From a virus (lineage: Duplodnaviria; Caudoviricetes), in IMG/VR virus record IMGVR_UViG_3300047550_001246, positions 1 through 56,160 of that record: 56,160 bases of DNA, one strand, 5' to 3'. The notes under the pieces are model-generated. The model searched no databases. It saw only the letters and a list, made by a program, of their open reading frames with translations, and was not told where the DNA came from. Shown here in pieces: positions 36,459 to 45,175 of the stretch (position 1 is the stretch's first letter; each line of letters opens with the position of its first letter). The translations under genes were made by a program, and so were the position numbers.

Positions 36459-37229
36459 TTAGGCTGGCACGGCGAAGTTCGAGAGGCTACGACGCGCGCG
36501 ACCCTTTGCGCGCAATGCCACCACGATACCCGGATTATCCAAAAATCTTAGGTCCGTAGAATCGCCATTCTCGACCGTACGACCTAAAAACGTCGCCGGG
36601 AATGTGCCTTTAAAAACGGCGGCGAAATTGACGCGCGACCCGTAATGACGCAAAGCGCGCACCACGATAGGCGCGAATGCTTTCGCATGCGAATAACTAA
36701 ACGTGAGCGCATAGTTCGCGATATCCGCAATGCGACGGTTCGGGAGTTTGGTGTAATCGTAGAATTGTAGTTCCGGGAATGCGGCGAAAATGTGCGGATA
36801 TTCGCGACCGTCGCGCGCGCATGGCACGGTTTCCCATCGGATGTCCGATGTCCCATTCAGTCTAATGACAAGTTTTTTGCGCTTGCGTCGCGCGTACTTT
36901 TTCGCGCTTTCAATTTCGGTCACCAATTGCGCCATAAATCCGACACGGTCCGAAAGGTAAAAATGCGTTCGACGCAATCGCGCTTTCTGAATTGCGTTAT
37001 CTGGCATGTCGTGACCGTGTGAGTCGAAACTAGTGTTTCCCGGTGACATGCCACCCCGGCCCGCATAGTTCAGACAATCGACCACGCATTCCGCAATTCG
37101 CTCTAATCCACATACGTTAGTTCCCGAACTATCGGAAGGTGCAAGGTATAAAACCCCGGTAACGTACCCGCGCTTTTGACCCTTTACGGTTTTCGGATTC
37201 GCATCGATGTTAAGCAATTTCGTTTTCAT
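36459..37229 (-). CDS. GP88-like (Cys-containing, radical-SAM-related) protein
   Basis: N.KT.K, L.LAP, C......C...CL...GRG, IRLNGTSDI.W, QFYDYTK, NY.LTFS and GD..DLRFLD motifs. Confidence 0.75.
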   Translation of the reverse strand: MKTKLLNIDANPKTVKGQKRGYVTGVLYLAPSDSSGTNVCGLERIAECVVDCLNYAGRGGMSPGNTSFDSHGHDMPDNAIQKARLRRTHFYLSDRVGFMAQLVTEIESAKKYARRKRKKLVIRLNGTSDIRWETVPCARDGREYPHIFAAFPELQFYDYTKLPNRRIADIANYALTFSYSHAKAFAPIVVRALRHYGSRVNFAAVFKGTFPATFLGRTVENGDSTDLRFLDNPGIVVALRAKGRARRSLSNFAVPA

Positions 37230-37246
37230 GTGTGCTAGTTCCTAGT

Positions 37247-37396
37247 TCAGATTTTGAAACCATTGGTTTTTAAGAATTCGACGTCGGATTTACTTGCCAT
37301 GCACACCGCCATCATGTGGCGCGCAATGTAAGTTTGCAGTCTCGCGCGATTTTTTTCGGTCGGATTCGCGCGGAAGTTTTCGATTAATTTCGTCAT
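37247..37396 (-). CDS. Small hypothetical early protein (49 aa)
   Basis: Not in the ORF track. MTKLIENFRANPTEKNRARLQTYIARHMMAVCM...; has the AGGAACTAGCAC leader. Confidence 0.65.
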   Translation of the reverse strand: MTKLIENFRANPTEKNRARLQTYIARHMMAVCMASKSDVEFLKTNGFKI

Positions 37397-37434
37397 GTGC
37401 TAGTTCCTGTTAGTGGTTATCGAACGTGTGACAA

Positions 37435-37462
37435 ATTGCACCAATCGAGAATCAATCGTCAA
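37435..37462 (-). promoter_or_regulatory. Putative sigma70-like early promoter
   Basis: TTGACG-16-TGCAAT on the minus strand. Confidence 0.5.
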
Positions 37463-37524
37463 GCCCATCAATGCACACGACCACCACGCGGACAGTCTCG
37501 CGCGCGCTAGTAGTAAACCGCGCG

Positions 37525-37619
37525 ACATGCGCGTACACGCGCGCGCACCTGGCGCGCACATGCACGCACACGCACACGCGCGCACGCATGCGCGCCTGGA
37601 GCGCGCACGCGCACGCGCG
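37525..37619. repeat. Alternating purine-pyrimidine (CG/CA) tract
   Basis: Perfect RY alternation at 37525-37548, 37552-37595 and 37601-37619. Confidence 0.85.
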
Positions 37620-37938
37620 GTTTATGCGCGCAATACCCTCGGGACCCCTATCGACGCGCGATCGCCCAATGCGCGATGCGATGCGGTACGGGGCACGGTT
37701 TTCGACGGGTGGGGTGCTGGGTCCCATCGCGTATATCACCTCCCGACTCCACCGCCATTTTTCAGATGCACTATCCCCTTGCGCACAAAAGTGTTAGGGT
37801 CCCATCCGGGTATCTGGCACGGTGCGCGTGCAGCGACTAGACCGGCAGCGGGGCTAGCACACAGGCTCCACGGTTGTTGGAGATCGCTGCTTTCCGGCAG
37901 GATAATCCTGCATACCCCAACGGCAACGAAGGACCTCA

Positions 37939-38499
37939 ATGCTTTACACAGGCGCAGCCCCGTTACCCCGGCATACGTATGCGTATGTGGAGCCGAATGC
38001 GTTAGGGACCCACAACTGGCTGCGAGTTGCGTGGTTTGGGTTGGTATCTCATCCGGGGAGAACGTGGGGATGTCATGTGATGCTGGAGTGCGGGGCGGTG
38101 TATCGGAACGTACCGTTACACAAACTTGCACACAAACCCACAGGGACCCCTTGGGACCCCGCTTCTGCACAGACTTGGGATTGCTACGGGATTCACTTTA
38201 GCGTACTGGAGTATCCGTTTCTTGAAGGGACCCGGATCAGAACCCGGCTACGGTCTAAGGAGGAGCACACGGGCAATTACTTGTTTACCGCGATCCCGAT
38301 GTTGGATGGGTTTAGTTTAGAGCCGGAGCAGAGCAAGGAGTTTTACTTCATCAAACTGGACAACGGGCGCTTTACAGCGCAACCTACGAATCATTTGTTG
38401 GTTCAGGACAAGTCGTTCATTACTGACTCAAACTGGCCCAAGTTAAAGCGTCAAACTGATGTATGGAGTGTTGACCATGGCAACGAAGTCGAAAGTTAA
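37939..38499 (+). CDS. Conserved hypothetical phage protein
   Basis: LECGAVY.NVPLH, WDC.G, G.YLFT and L.NG...AQP.N pattern; AAGGA RBS. Confidence 0.7.
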   Translation: MLYTGAAPLPRHTYAYVEPNALGTHNWLRVAWFGLVSHPGRTWGCHVMLECGAVYRNVPLHKLAHKPTGTPWDPASAQTWDCYGIHFSVLEYPFLEGTRIRTRLRSKEEHTGNYLFTAIPMLDGFSLEPEQSKEFYFIKLDNGRFTAQPTNHLLVQDKSFITDSNWPKLKRQTDVWSVDHGNEVES

Positions 38500-38659
38500 C
38501 GCAGCGGGCAATTACACGAAGCCCGAGATGCGTAAGAAGTTGTTCAATCAGATCAAAGCCTCTGCAACGCAGGGCACCGCAGCGGGGCAGTGGTCAGCCC
38601 GTAAAAGTCAGTTGTTAGCCAAGAAATATAAAGAAAAAGGCGGCGGCTACCGTGACTAA
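38477..38659 (+). CDS. Small basic protein (DUF5872-like, N-terminal half)
   Basis: NYTKP..RK..F..IKA...G...GQWSARK.Q.LA..Y...GGGY; GGAG RBS. Confidence 0.75.
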   Translation: MATKSKVNAAGNYTKPEMRKKLFNQIKASATQGTAAGQWSARKSQLLAKKYKEKGGGYRD

Positions 38660-39122
38660 AGTTTGCACAATGTGCGGGGAAGAAAAGCCTTTTTCCGCAT
38701 TTCGTTCTCGTGGTGGAGACATGAAGCATTTGCTTAAAAGCCGATGCAATACTTGTCTTTACAAAGAACATCGCAAATGGACCGTTGAGAATCCTGATCG
38801 TGTTCGGGAGTACCGAACTAAAGACAGTTGGACGCTTGCAAAAAGATGCGCCCGTCGTGGAATTACGCCTGAGCAACTTGTTACTGCATACGAACGTCAA
38901 GAAGAATGCTGTGCAATTTGCAAAACCGAAATTGAGTTAATTGACAGCGCAATTGACCACAATCATCAGACCGGCGAATTTAGGGGCGTGTTGTGCAAGC
39001 AATGCAATCGTGCTTTAGGAATGTTTAAAGACAGTCCGTTTGTTTTAAAGAACGCCTTGGAATATCTAGAAGCATTTGGGAGTTATGGTGATGCCTCTGA
39101 AACCGTCACAAAGATCGCTTAA
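38652..39122 (+). CDS. Endonuclease VII-family (His-Me) homing endonuclease
   Basis: N-terminal CTMC...CNTC; Q...CAIC...IDHNH.TG.FRGVLCKQCNRALG motif; AT-richer than its neighbours. Confidence 0.88.
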   Translation: MTKVCTMCGEEKPFSAFRSRGGDMKHLLKSRCNTCLYKEHRKWTVENPDRVREYRTKDSWTLAKRCARRGITPEQLVTAYERQEECCAICKTEIELIDSAIDHNHQTGEFRGVLCKQCNRALGMFKDSPFVLKNALEYLEAFGSYGDASETVTKIA

Positions 39123-39330
39123 AGACTGGACCGCGCAGGAATGGCGCACCAAGTCGGGCAAGCCGTCGAGTAAAACTGGCGAGCGATATCTACCGGCTGC
39201 TGCGATCAAGGCACTTTCTCCGCAGGAATACGCGGCAACGACGCGAGCGAAGCGCGAGGGCAAAGCGAAGGGCAAGCAGTTTGTAGCGCAGCCGAAAGCG
39301 ATAGCAAAGAAGACCTCGCGTTATCGATGA
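39091..39330 (+). CDS. Small basic protein (DUF5872-like, C-terminal half)
   Basis: Q.SL..WT.Q.W.TKSG......GERYLP..A...LS..EYAAT..AK......KQFV.QP. Confidence 0.75.
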   Translation: MPLKPSQRSLKDWTAQEWRTKSGKPSSKTGERYLPAAAIKALSPQEYAATTRAKREGKAKGKQFVAQPKAIAKKTSRYR

Positions 39331-40829
39331 ACCAGCCTGCTAAAGGGACCCCAGCGGGGACCCCTCCCCCGCTGGACATGAATGATCCGTTGATCAAGGA
39401 GCTGAACAAGCTTCCAACGGACGATTTGATTGCGTATGAGAACCGGCTCAAGTGGGCGAATCAGAGACACAAGCACCAGAAGCCACCGAAGGGCGAGTGG
39501 ACAGTGTGGTTGATGCTGGCCGGAAGAGGCGCGGGTAAGACGAGAGCCGCAGCCGAGTGGGTGTGGTGGCAGGCGTACAAAACGCCGGAGACGCGCTGGT
39601 TGGTGTGTGCACCCACAGCAGCGGACATTCGCGATACGTGTTTTGAGGGAGATTCCGGGCTGATTTCTGTGATGCCCGAGCGTGTTGTTCAAGAGTACAA
39701 CAGGTCGCTGTCAGAGATTATTCTCAAGAATGGCTCGTTGATTAAGGGCATTTCAGCGGAAACCCCCGACCGGCTGCGTGGTGGTCAATGGCATGGTGCG
39801 TGGTGCGATGAGTTAGCAGCCTGGCAGTACGATCAAGAAGCGTGGGACATGATCATGTTCGCGCTACGTTTGGGTAAGCATCCAAGGATCGTAGCAACGA
39901 CGACACCGAAGCCGAAGGCGCTGATCAGAGACTTGATCGGGCGTGATGGGTCGGATGTACACGTTACACGGGCATCGACTTACGAGAACATTGCGAATCT
40001 GGCTCCGACTTTTCAGCAGCAATTGCTGAAGTTTGAAGGTACGACGCTGGGTCGTCAGGAGATCCATGCGGAAGTTTTGAACCCTGAAGAGCAGGGCATT
40101 ATCAAGCGCAACTGGATCCAGCTCTGGCCAGCGAAGAAGCCATTACCTGCGCTTGAGCACATTGTGATGAGCTTGGATACCGCTTTCACGGAGCAGACTC
40201 GGGACAAGAAGACTTCGGATTCGGACCCGAGTGCGTGTGTGGTGCTCGGGCTTTTTTACGAGAATGAGAAGCCGAACATCATTTTGCTTGATTGTTGGGA
40301 AGACCGGCTCGGGATGCCGGAGCTCATCAAGAAGGTCAAGCGCGAGATGGAGGTGTACTACGGGGATGATGAGCAGAAGCCCATGATCAAGCCCAAGTTT
40401 GGTCCATCTCGGATGATTAATACGGGCAGAAAGCCGGACACGATCGTGATCGAAGACAAGGGCAGCGGGATTTCGCTCCGTCAGATGCTGGCTCGGGAGG
40501 GCATCGTTGCGCATGCATATAACCCCGGAAAGGCATCGAAGCTGACCCGGTTGCACATGGTGAGTCATTTATTCGCGGGTGGGATGGTGTGGATGGTGGA
40601 GAGCGAGAAGCGTGCGAAGCAGGTGCGCTCTTGGGCGGAGCCGCTCGTGTACCAGCTCTGTTCGTTCTCGGGTGAGGGGACGATCAAGCACGATGACTTG
40701 ATGGATGCCTGCACCCAAGGTTTACGTTTCCTTGCTGATAAAGATATGATAAGCGTGAGTAAGCCTAAGCCGTTGCAGCCGAGGCTCATTGTGAACTCGC
40801 GCCCGAGGGGAAATCCGTATGGCATCTGA
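39327..40829 (+). CDS. terL: Terminase large subunit
   Basis: HQ adenine motif, AGRGAGKT Walker A, WCDE Walker B, TTTP, SLDTA and HDDLMDA nuclease motifs. Confidence 0.95.
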   Translation: MNQPAKGTPAGTPPPLDMNDPLIKELNKLPTDDLIAYENRLKWANQRHKHQKPPKGEWTVWLMLAGRGAGKTRAAAEWVWWQAYKTPETRWLVCAPTAADIRDTCFEGDSGLISVMPERVVQEYNRSLSEIILKNGSLIKGISAETPDRLRGGQWHGAWCDELAAWQYDQEAWDMIMFALRLGKHPRIVATTTPKPKALIRDLIGRDGSDVHVTRASTYENIANLAPTFQQQLLKFEGTTLGRQEIHAEVLNPEEQGIIKRNWIQLWPAKKPLPALEHIVMSLDTAFTEQTRDKKTSDSDPSACVVLGLFYENEKPNIILLDCWEDRLGMPELIKKVKREMEVYYGDDEQKPMIKPKFGPSRMINTGRKPDTIVIEDKGSGISLRQMLAREGIVAHAYNPGKASKLTRLHMVSHLFAGGMVWMVESEKRAKQVRSWAEPLVYQLCSFSGEGTIKHDDLMDACTQGLRFLADKDMISVSKPKPLQPRLIVNSRPRGNPYGI

Positions 40830-43338
40830 GCCGAACGACATGGACGAAGCCAAGGAAGATCTTGGCGAGATGTTTGAACTTCCCGAGGAGATCTCGGAAG
40901 TAGAGGACACCGAGGACGGTGGAGCGATCGTTCGCTTTGGGGAAGAAGAAGACGAAGAGGAAGTAGAGCTAGAGTTTTACACAAACCTTGCTGAGACGCT
41001 TCCCGAAGGGGACATGGATGCGCTGGCCCAAGAGTTCTTGGGTTTGATTGCAAAGGACAAGGAAGCGCGGAAGAAGCGCGATGAGCAGTACGAAGAAGGA
41101 ATCCGACGCACGGGATTGGGCGATGATGCACCAGGCGGCGCTCAGTTTCAGGGCGCAAGTCGGGTCGTGCACCCCATGCTCACTGAAGTCTGCGTGGACT
41201 TCTCTGCCCGAGCTATTAAAGAGCTTTTCCCCGCCGAAGGCCCCGTCAAAGACCACATTGTCGGAGACATAACGGCGCAGAAGGTGGCGAAAGCCGAGCG
41301 CAAGAGCCAGTACATGAACTGGCAGTTGACGCAGCAGATGCCGGAATTCCGTGCGGAACTTGAGCAATTGCTCACGCAGGTTCCGCTCGGTGGTGCGCAA
41401 TATCTCAAACTAAGCTGGGACTCGGGCAAGCGCCGTCCGGTTCCGCTTTTCATCGGCATCGATGACATCTACCTGCCCTACGCGGCAACGAACTTTTATT
41501 CTTCTGAGCGTAAGACGCACGTTCAGTACGTGACGGAGATTGAGTATCTCCAGCGCGTGCGCTCGGGAATGTACCGGGATGTGGATCTAGCGCCGACAAC
41601 GGCGGACCCGGATGTTTCAAAGGCTGAGAAGGCCAACAACAAGATCGAAGGCCGCGATGACGGCGCGTATGACACGGATGGTCTGCGCACGATCTTTGAG
41701 ATCTACGCGATTACGGACATTGAAGAGAAGTACGGTTTAGCGCCGTACATCATTTCGGTCGATAAGACGACGGGTAAGGTGCTCTCGATCTACCGCAACT
41801 GGCAAGAGCAAGACGAAACGCTCGAAGAGATGCAGTGGATCATTGAGTTCCCGTTTGTTCCGTGGCGTGGTGCGTATCCGATTGGCATCCCGCAGATGAT
41901 TGGCGGTATTTCAGCGGCTGCGACTGGCGCGCTACGCGCGCTTCTTGACTCTGCGCACATTGCGAACTTCCCCGGAATGCTCAAGCTCAAGGGCGGACGC
42001 GAAGGCGGGCAGTCAGAGCGCATCGATCCGACCGAGGTGAAGGAGATCGAGGGCGGTGCGTTTAGCGATGACATCCGCAAGATTGCGATGCCGCTGCCGT
42101 TTAACCAGCCGTCCGAAACGCTCTTCCGCTTGCTCGGGTTTTTGGTTGAAGCGGGCAAGGGCGTCGTTCGCACGACGATGGAGAACATCTCCGACACGAA
42201 TACAAACATGCCGGTCGGTACGCAGCTGGCTCGAATTGAGCAGGGCATGATGGTCTTCAGTGCGATCCATGCGCGTCTGCACGACGCGATGGGTCGCACG
42301 TTGAAGGTGCTGCATCGCTTGAACTCCATGTACCTCGAGGATGAAGAGGTCAAGGAGGAGTTGGGCGAATTGGTGGTGCGTCGATCTGACTTTGAAGGTC
42401 CGATGGATGTTATCCCGGTATCTGACCCCAACATCTTTAGCGAAGCCCAGCGTTATGCGCAGGTTCAAGCGATTGCGCAGCGTGCAATTGCGCTTCCGCA
42501 GATCTATGACCTGCGTAAAGTTGAAGAGCGCATTCTGCATCAGTTGAAGATTCCGAATGCAAAGGATCTACTACTTCCTGCTCCGAAACCGAAGGAGATG
42601 AATGCCGTCAATGAAAACATTGCTGCAACGCTTGGGCGTCCAATATCGGCGTTCCCGGAACAGGATCATCTTGCGCACATCCAGGTCCACTTGGACTATC
42701 TCACTAGCCCCGTACTGGGTAGCAGTGTCCTCATGTCGGGGACATACGTTCCTGTCATTCTTAACCATCTCAAGGAACATATCGCTCTTTGGTATGCAAA
42801 TCATGTCTTTGAAGTCGCGTCTACTGCGGCGGGTCGGGATATCTCCGAGATACAGAAGTTCAACAGCACGGAAGTGAAGCAAAGCTTTGATCAGATGCTG
42901 GCTGCTGCATCGCAGCGTGTGGTGCCTGACGCTACACGCGCTTTTGGTGCGATTCCGCAAATCGTGCAGCAAGCGATGCAGGTCATGCAGCAGATGCAGG
43001 GCATGGGTCCGCAAGACCCGCGAGTGGCTGCGCTCATGGCGGAGACGCAGCGCAAAGCCGCTGCCGATCAGGGCAATCTTCAGATCAAGCAGGCCGAGCT
43101 TCAACTCGAAGCGCAGAAGACGCAGGTGGGCTCGCAAGAGCAGGCTGCGAAGATGCAGCAGGCTGCGCAACGCGAGGTGCTCAAGCAAGATCGCTTGGAT
43201 CAGCGTCAAGCCGCAGAGCTTCAGGTCAAGATGGTTACAAACCGCGAGGACAACGAAACCGCCAAAGAAATTGCAGCGGCAGAAGTTCTTACGGGCGAGA
43301 AGGTGGGTGTATCTACAGGAACGGGGATCAACCCGTAG
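40819..43338 (+). CDS. Portal protein
   Basis: 839 aa gene directly after terL; GAS.VVHPML, GAY.IG and PVGT motifs, Q-rich C-terminal barrel. Confidence 0.88.
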   Translation: MASEPNDMDEAKEDLGEMFELPEEISEVEDTEDGGAIVRFGEEEDEEEVELEFYTNLAETLPEGDMDALAQEFLGLIAKDKEARKKRDEQYEEGIRRTGLGDDAPGGAQFQGASRVVHPMLTEVCVDFSARAIKELFPAEGPVKDHIVGDITAQKVAKAERKSQYMNWQLTQQMPEFRAELEQLLTQVPLGGAQYLKLSWDSGKRRPVPLFIGIDDIYLPYAATNFYSSERKTHVQYVTEIEYLQRVRSGMYRDVDLAPTTADPDVSKAEKANNKIEGRDDGAYDTDGLRTIFEIYAITDIEEKYGLAPYIISVDKTTGKVLSIYRNWQEQDETLEEMQWIIEFPFVPWRGAYPIGIPQMIGGISAAATGALRALLDSAHIANFPGMLKLKGGREGGQSERIDPTEVKEIEGGAFSDDIRKIAMPLPFNQPSETLFRLLGFLVEAGKGVVRTTMENISDTNTNMPVGTQLARIEQGMMVFSAIHARLHDAMGRTLKVLHRLNSMYLEDEEVKEELGELVVRRSDFEGPMDVIPVSDPNIFSEAQRYAQVQAIAQRAIALPQIYDLRKVEERILHQLKIPNAKDLLLPAPKPKEMNAVNENIAATLGRPISAFPEQDHLAHIQVHLDYLTSPVLGSSVLMSGTYVPVILNHLKEHIALWYANHVFEVASTAAGRDISEIQKFNSTEVKQSFDQMLAAASQRVVPDATRAFGAIPQIVQQAMQVMQQMQGMGPQDPRVAALMAETQRKAAADQGNLQIKQAELQLEAQKTQVGSQEQAAKMQQAAQREVLKQDRLDQRQAAELQVKMVTNREDNETAKEIAAAEVLTGEKVGVSTGTGINP

Positions 43339-43347
43339 AGGTGATTT

Positions 43348-43521
43348 ATGGCAAACGATTACATGAACCAGCACAAGATGATGGCCATGGGCATGGCTGT
43401 CAGCGGTCAGAAAATGGTCAACGGTGGCCCGAAGAAGGGCATGGTTGACCAGTCAAAGGGTGTCAAGGGCGACCCGAAAGCAACGCCCGCAATTATTAGC
43501 AAAGGTAAACAAAACGCATGA
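43348..43521 (+). CDS. Small hypothetical protein (57 aa)
   Basis: Not in the ORF track. GAGGTG RBS; MANDYMNQHKMMAMG...; ATGA coupled to the next gene. Confidence 0.65.
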   Translation: MANDYMNQHKMMAMGMAVSGQKMVNGGPKKGMVDQSKGVKGDPKATPAIISKGKQNA

Positions 43522-43715
43522 TTGAACGCATCATTGACGAATTGGAGTTGGCCAAGGCTCGCGTTGCACACGACGCGATGAAGCGGCAACTGGAAGGTAA
43601 GGATGCTTCGTTTGAATATGGCAAGGCAGTGGGCACTTACGCCGGGTTGCAGGCCGCATTGAGTTACATTGATCGTCTTCTAAAACAGAATGAAGACGAA
43701 GAAGAGGAGTTCTAA
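43518..43715 (+). CDS. Hypothetical head-module protein
   Basis: FEYG..VG.Y.GL motif; located between portal and GroES. Confidence 0.7.
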   Translation: MIERIIDELELAKARVAHDAMKRQLEGKDASFEYGKAVGTYAGLQAALSYIDRLLKQNEDEEEEF

Positions 43716-44114
43716 ATGTCAGCATTGGATGAGGCTTTTCCTAGTGTAGAGCCGGGTTTGGTTCCGTTTGGATCGCGAGTGCTAGTACAGATTCGCTCGG
43801 CAAAGAAGACTTCTGCGGGTGGCATTATTCTGCATACCGAAACTCGTGAGACAGAGATCTGGAATACCCAGATCGCGAAGGTGGTCACCCTTGGACCGTT
43901 GGCGTTCAAGAACCGCAATACGATGGAATCATGGCCGGAAGGTAATTGGTGCAAACCGGGCGATTTTGTCCGAGTACCAAAGTACGGCGGAGATCGTTGG
44001 AAGGTGCCGTATGGCAATGACGGGGAAGAAGAAGCCCTGTTTGTAATCTTCAACGATTTGGACATCGTCGGTGGCGTAGTGGGCGATCCGCTAGCCATCA
44101 AAGCGTTTATCTGA
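43716..44114 (+). CDS. groES: GroES/Cpn10-like co-chaperonin
   Basis: PFGSRVLVQ, KTSAGGIIL mobile loop, AKVV.LGP, KPGDFV..PKYGG and FND.DI.G. Confidence 0.85.
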   Translation: MSALDEAFPSVEPGLVPFGSRVLVQIRSAKKTSAGGIILHTETRETEIWNTQIAKVVTLGPLAFKNRNTMESWPEGNWCKPGDFVRVPKYGGDRWKVPYGNDGEEEALFVIFNDLDIVGGVVGDPLAIKAFI

Positions 44115-44122
44115 GGTGACCT

Positions 44123-45157
44123 ATGGCAGAGAAAAACATCCTGTCGGAAGACGACAACCAAGAGGCTGAAGAATATGTGGCAGTTGAAACCCCTCTTACA
44201 GAAGGCGAAGACCAAGCTGGAGAGTCTGCTGAAGAGGCTGCGGAAGGCTCCGATGATGGAGACGATGGAATATCCGCCAGCGCAGACTCCGAAGAAGATG
44301 CGCGTCTCTCGGAAGAAGACAGCGACGAAGAGTCGTCGCAAAAGTCAAAAAAGCAATTAACTCCTGAAGAAAAGCGCGCTCAGCGACAGAACCGAAAGTT
44401 CCGCCGCCGTGCTGCGATCGAGCACAAAGAGCGCGAGTTGGCGTTCCTGCGTGCTGAGAACGAGGAGTTTAAGCGTCGCTTGTCGATGGTTGAGCAGCAG
44501 ACGAGCAAGTTCAATGTTAGCGCAGTAGATCAGAAGCTGAACGAAGCATTGAACGAGGCTCAACTTGCTGAGCGCATCATGGCAAAGGCGATTGAGCAGG
44601 GTCAGGGCGAAGATGCTACGAAGGCGCTTCAAATCCGTGATCAGGCGCTCGATCGCGCGCGTCAACTACGGGCTGCGAAGGAAGAGGCTGAAAAGCCGGT
44701 TCCGCAATCAAAGCCTGGTAAAGATCCCCGCGTGGCGGCGTATGCAAAGGAGTGGATCGAAGCCAACAATTGGTACGACCCATCCGGTCGGGATGAAGAC
44801 TCTGCAATCGTAAAGATTATTGACCAGCGCCTGGCTGCGGAAGGTTATAACCCCGCATCTGAGGACTACTGGATTGAACTAGATAACAGAGTATCGCGCC
44901 GTCTGCCCCATCGTTATCAAGAGGATGCCAGCATGGCAGAAGTTGAAAGGCCAGCCGCTAAGGCTGCGCCGACCCGTAAGGGTCCCCCGGTGGGAGGAAA
45001 GCGCGAATATGCGCCGCCGTCCACTCGAAAAGAGGTGTATATCAGCCCCGAACGCAAACAAGCACTTGTTGATGCAGGAGTCTGGGACAACCCAGAGTTG
45101 CGTCAGAAGTACATTAAGCGTTATGCTGAATACGATCGTAATTCTTCTTCTCGCTAA
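44123..45157 (+). CDS. Capsid scaffolding protein
   Basis: Acidic N-terminus, coiled coil, W...N.W motif; upstream of the capsid genes. Confidence 0.7.
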   Translation: MAEKNILSEDDNQEAEEYVAVETPLTEGEDQAGESAEEAAEGSDDGDDGISASADSEEDARLSEEDSDEESSQKSKKQLTPEEKRAQRQNRKFRRRAAIEHKERELAFLRAENEEFKRRLSMVEQQTSKFNVSAVDQKLNEALNEAQLAERIMAKAIEQGQGEDATKALQIRDQALDRARQLRAAKEEAEKPVPQSKPGKDPRVAAYAKEWIEANNWYDPSGRDEDSAIVKIIDQRLAAEGYNPASEDYWIELDNRVSRRLPHRYQEDASMAEVERPAAKAAPTRKGPPVGGKREYAPPSTRKEVYISPERKQALVDAGVWDNPELRQKYIKRYAEYDRNSSSR

Positions 45158-45175
45158 ACAAGGGAGCGAGTTACT

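Noticed and set aside
37400-38201. ORFs 37413-38201, 37471-37797, 37400-37585 and 37452-37739
   Set aside because: These are H/A/R/C/V low-complexity translations of the CG/CA tract with no RBS or protein motifs.
38652-39122. Group I intron around the endonuclease
   Set aside because: The ORF overlaps both flanking genes, leaving no room for intron core elements.
40565-44341. Long antisense ORFs opposite terL, portal and GroES (and similar ones elsewhere)
   Set aside because: These are shadow frames of GC-rich coding genes with no motifs or RBS.
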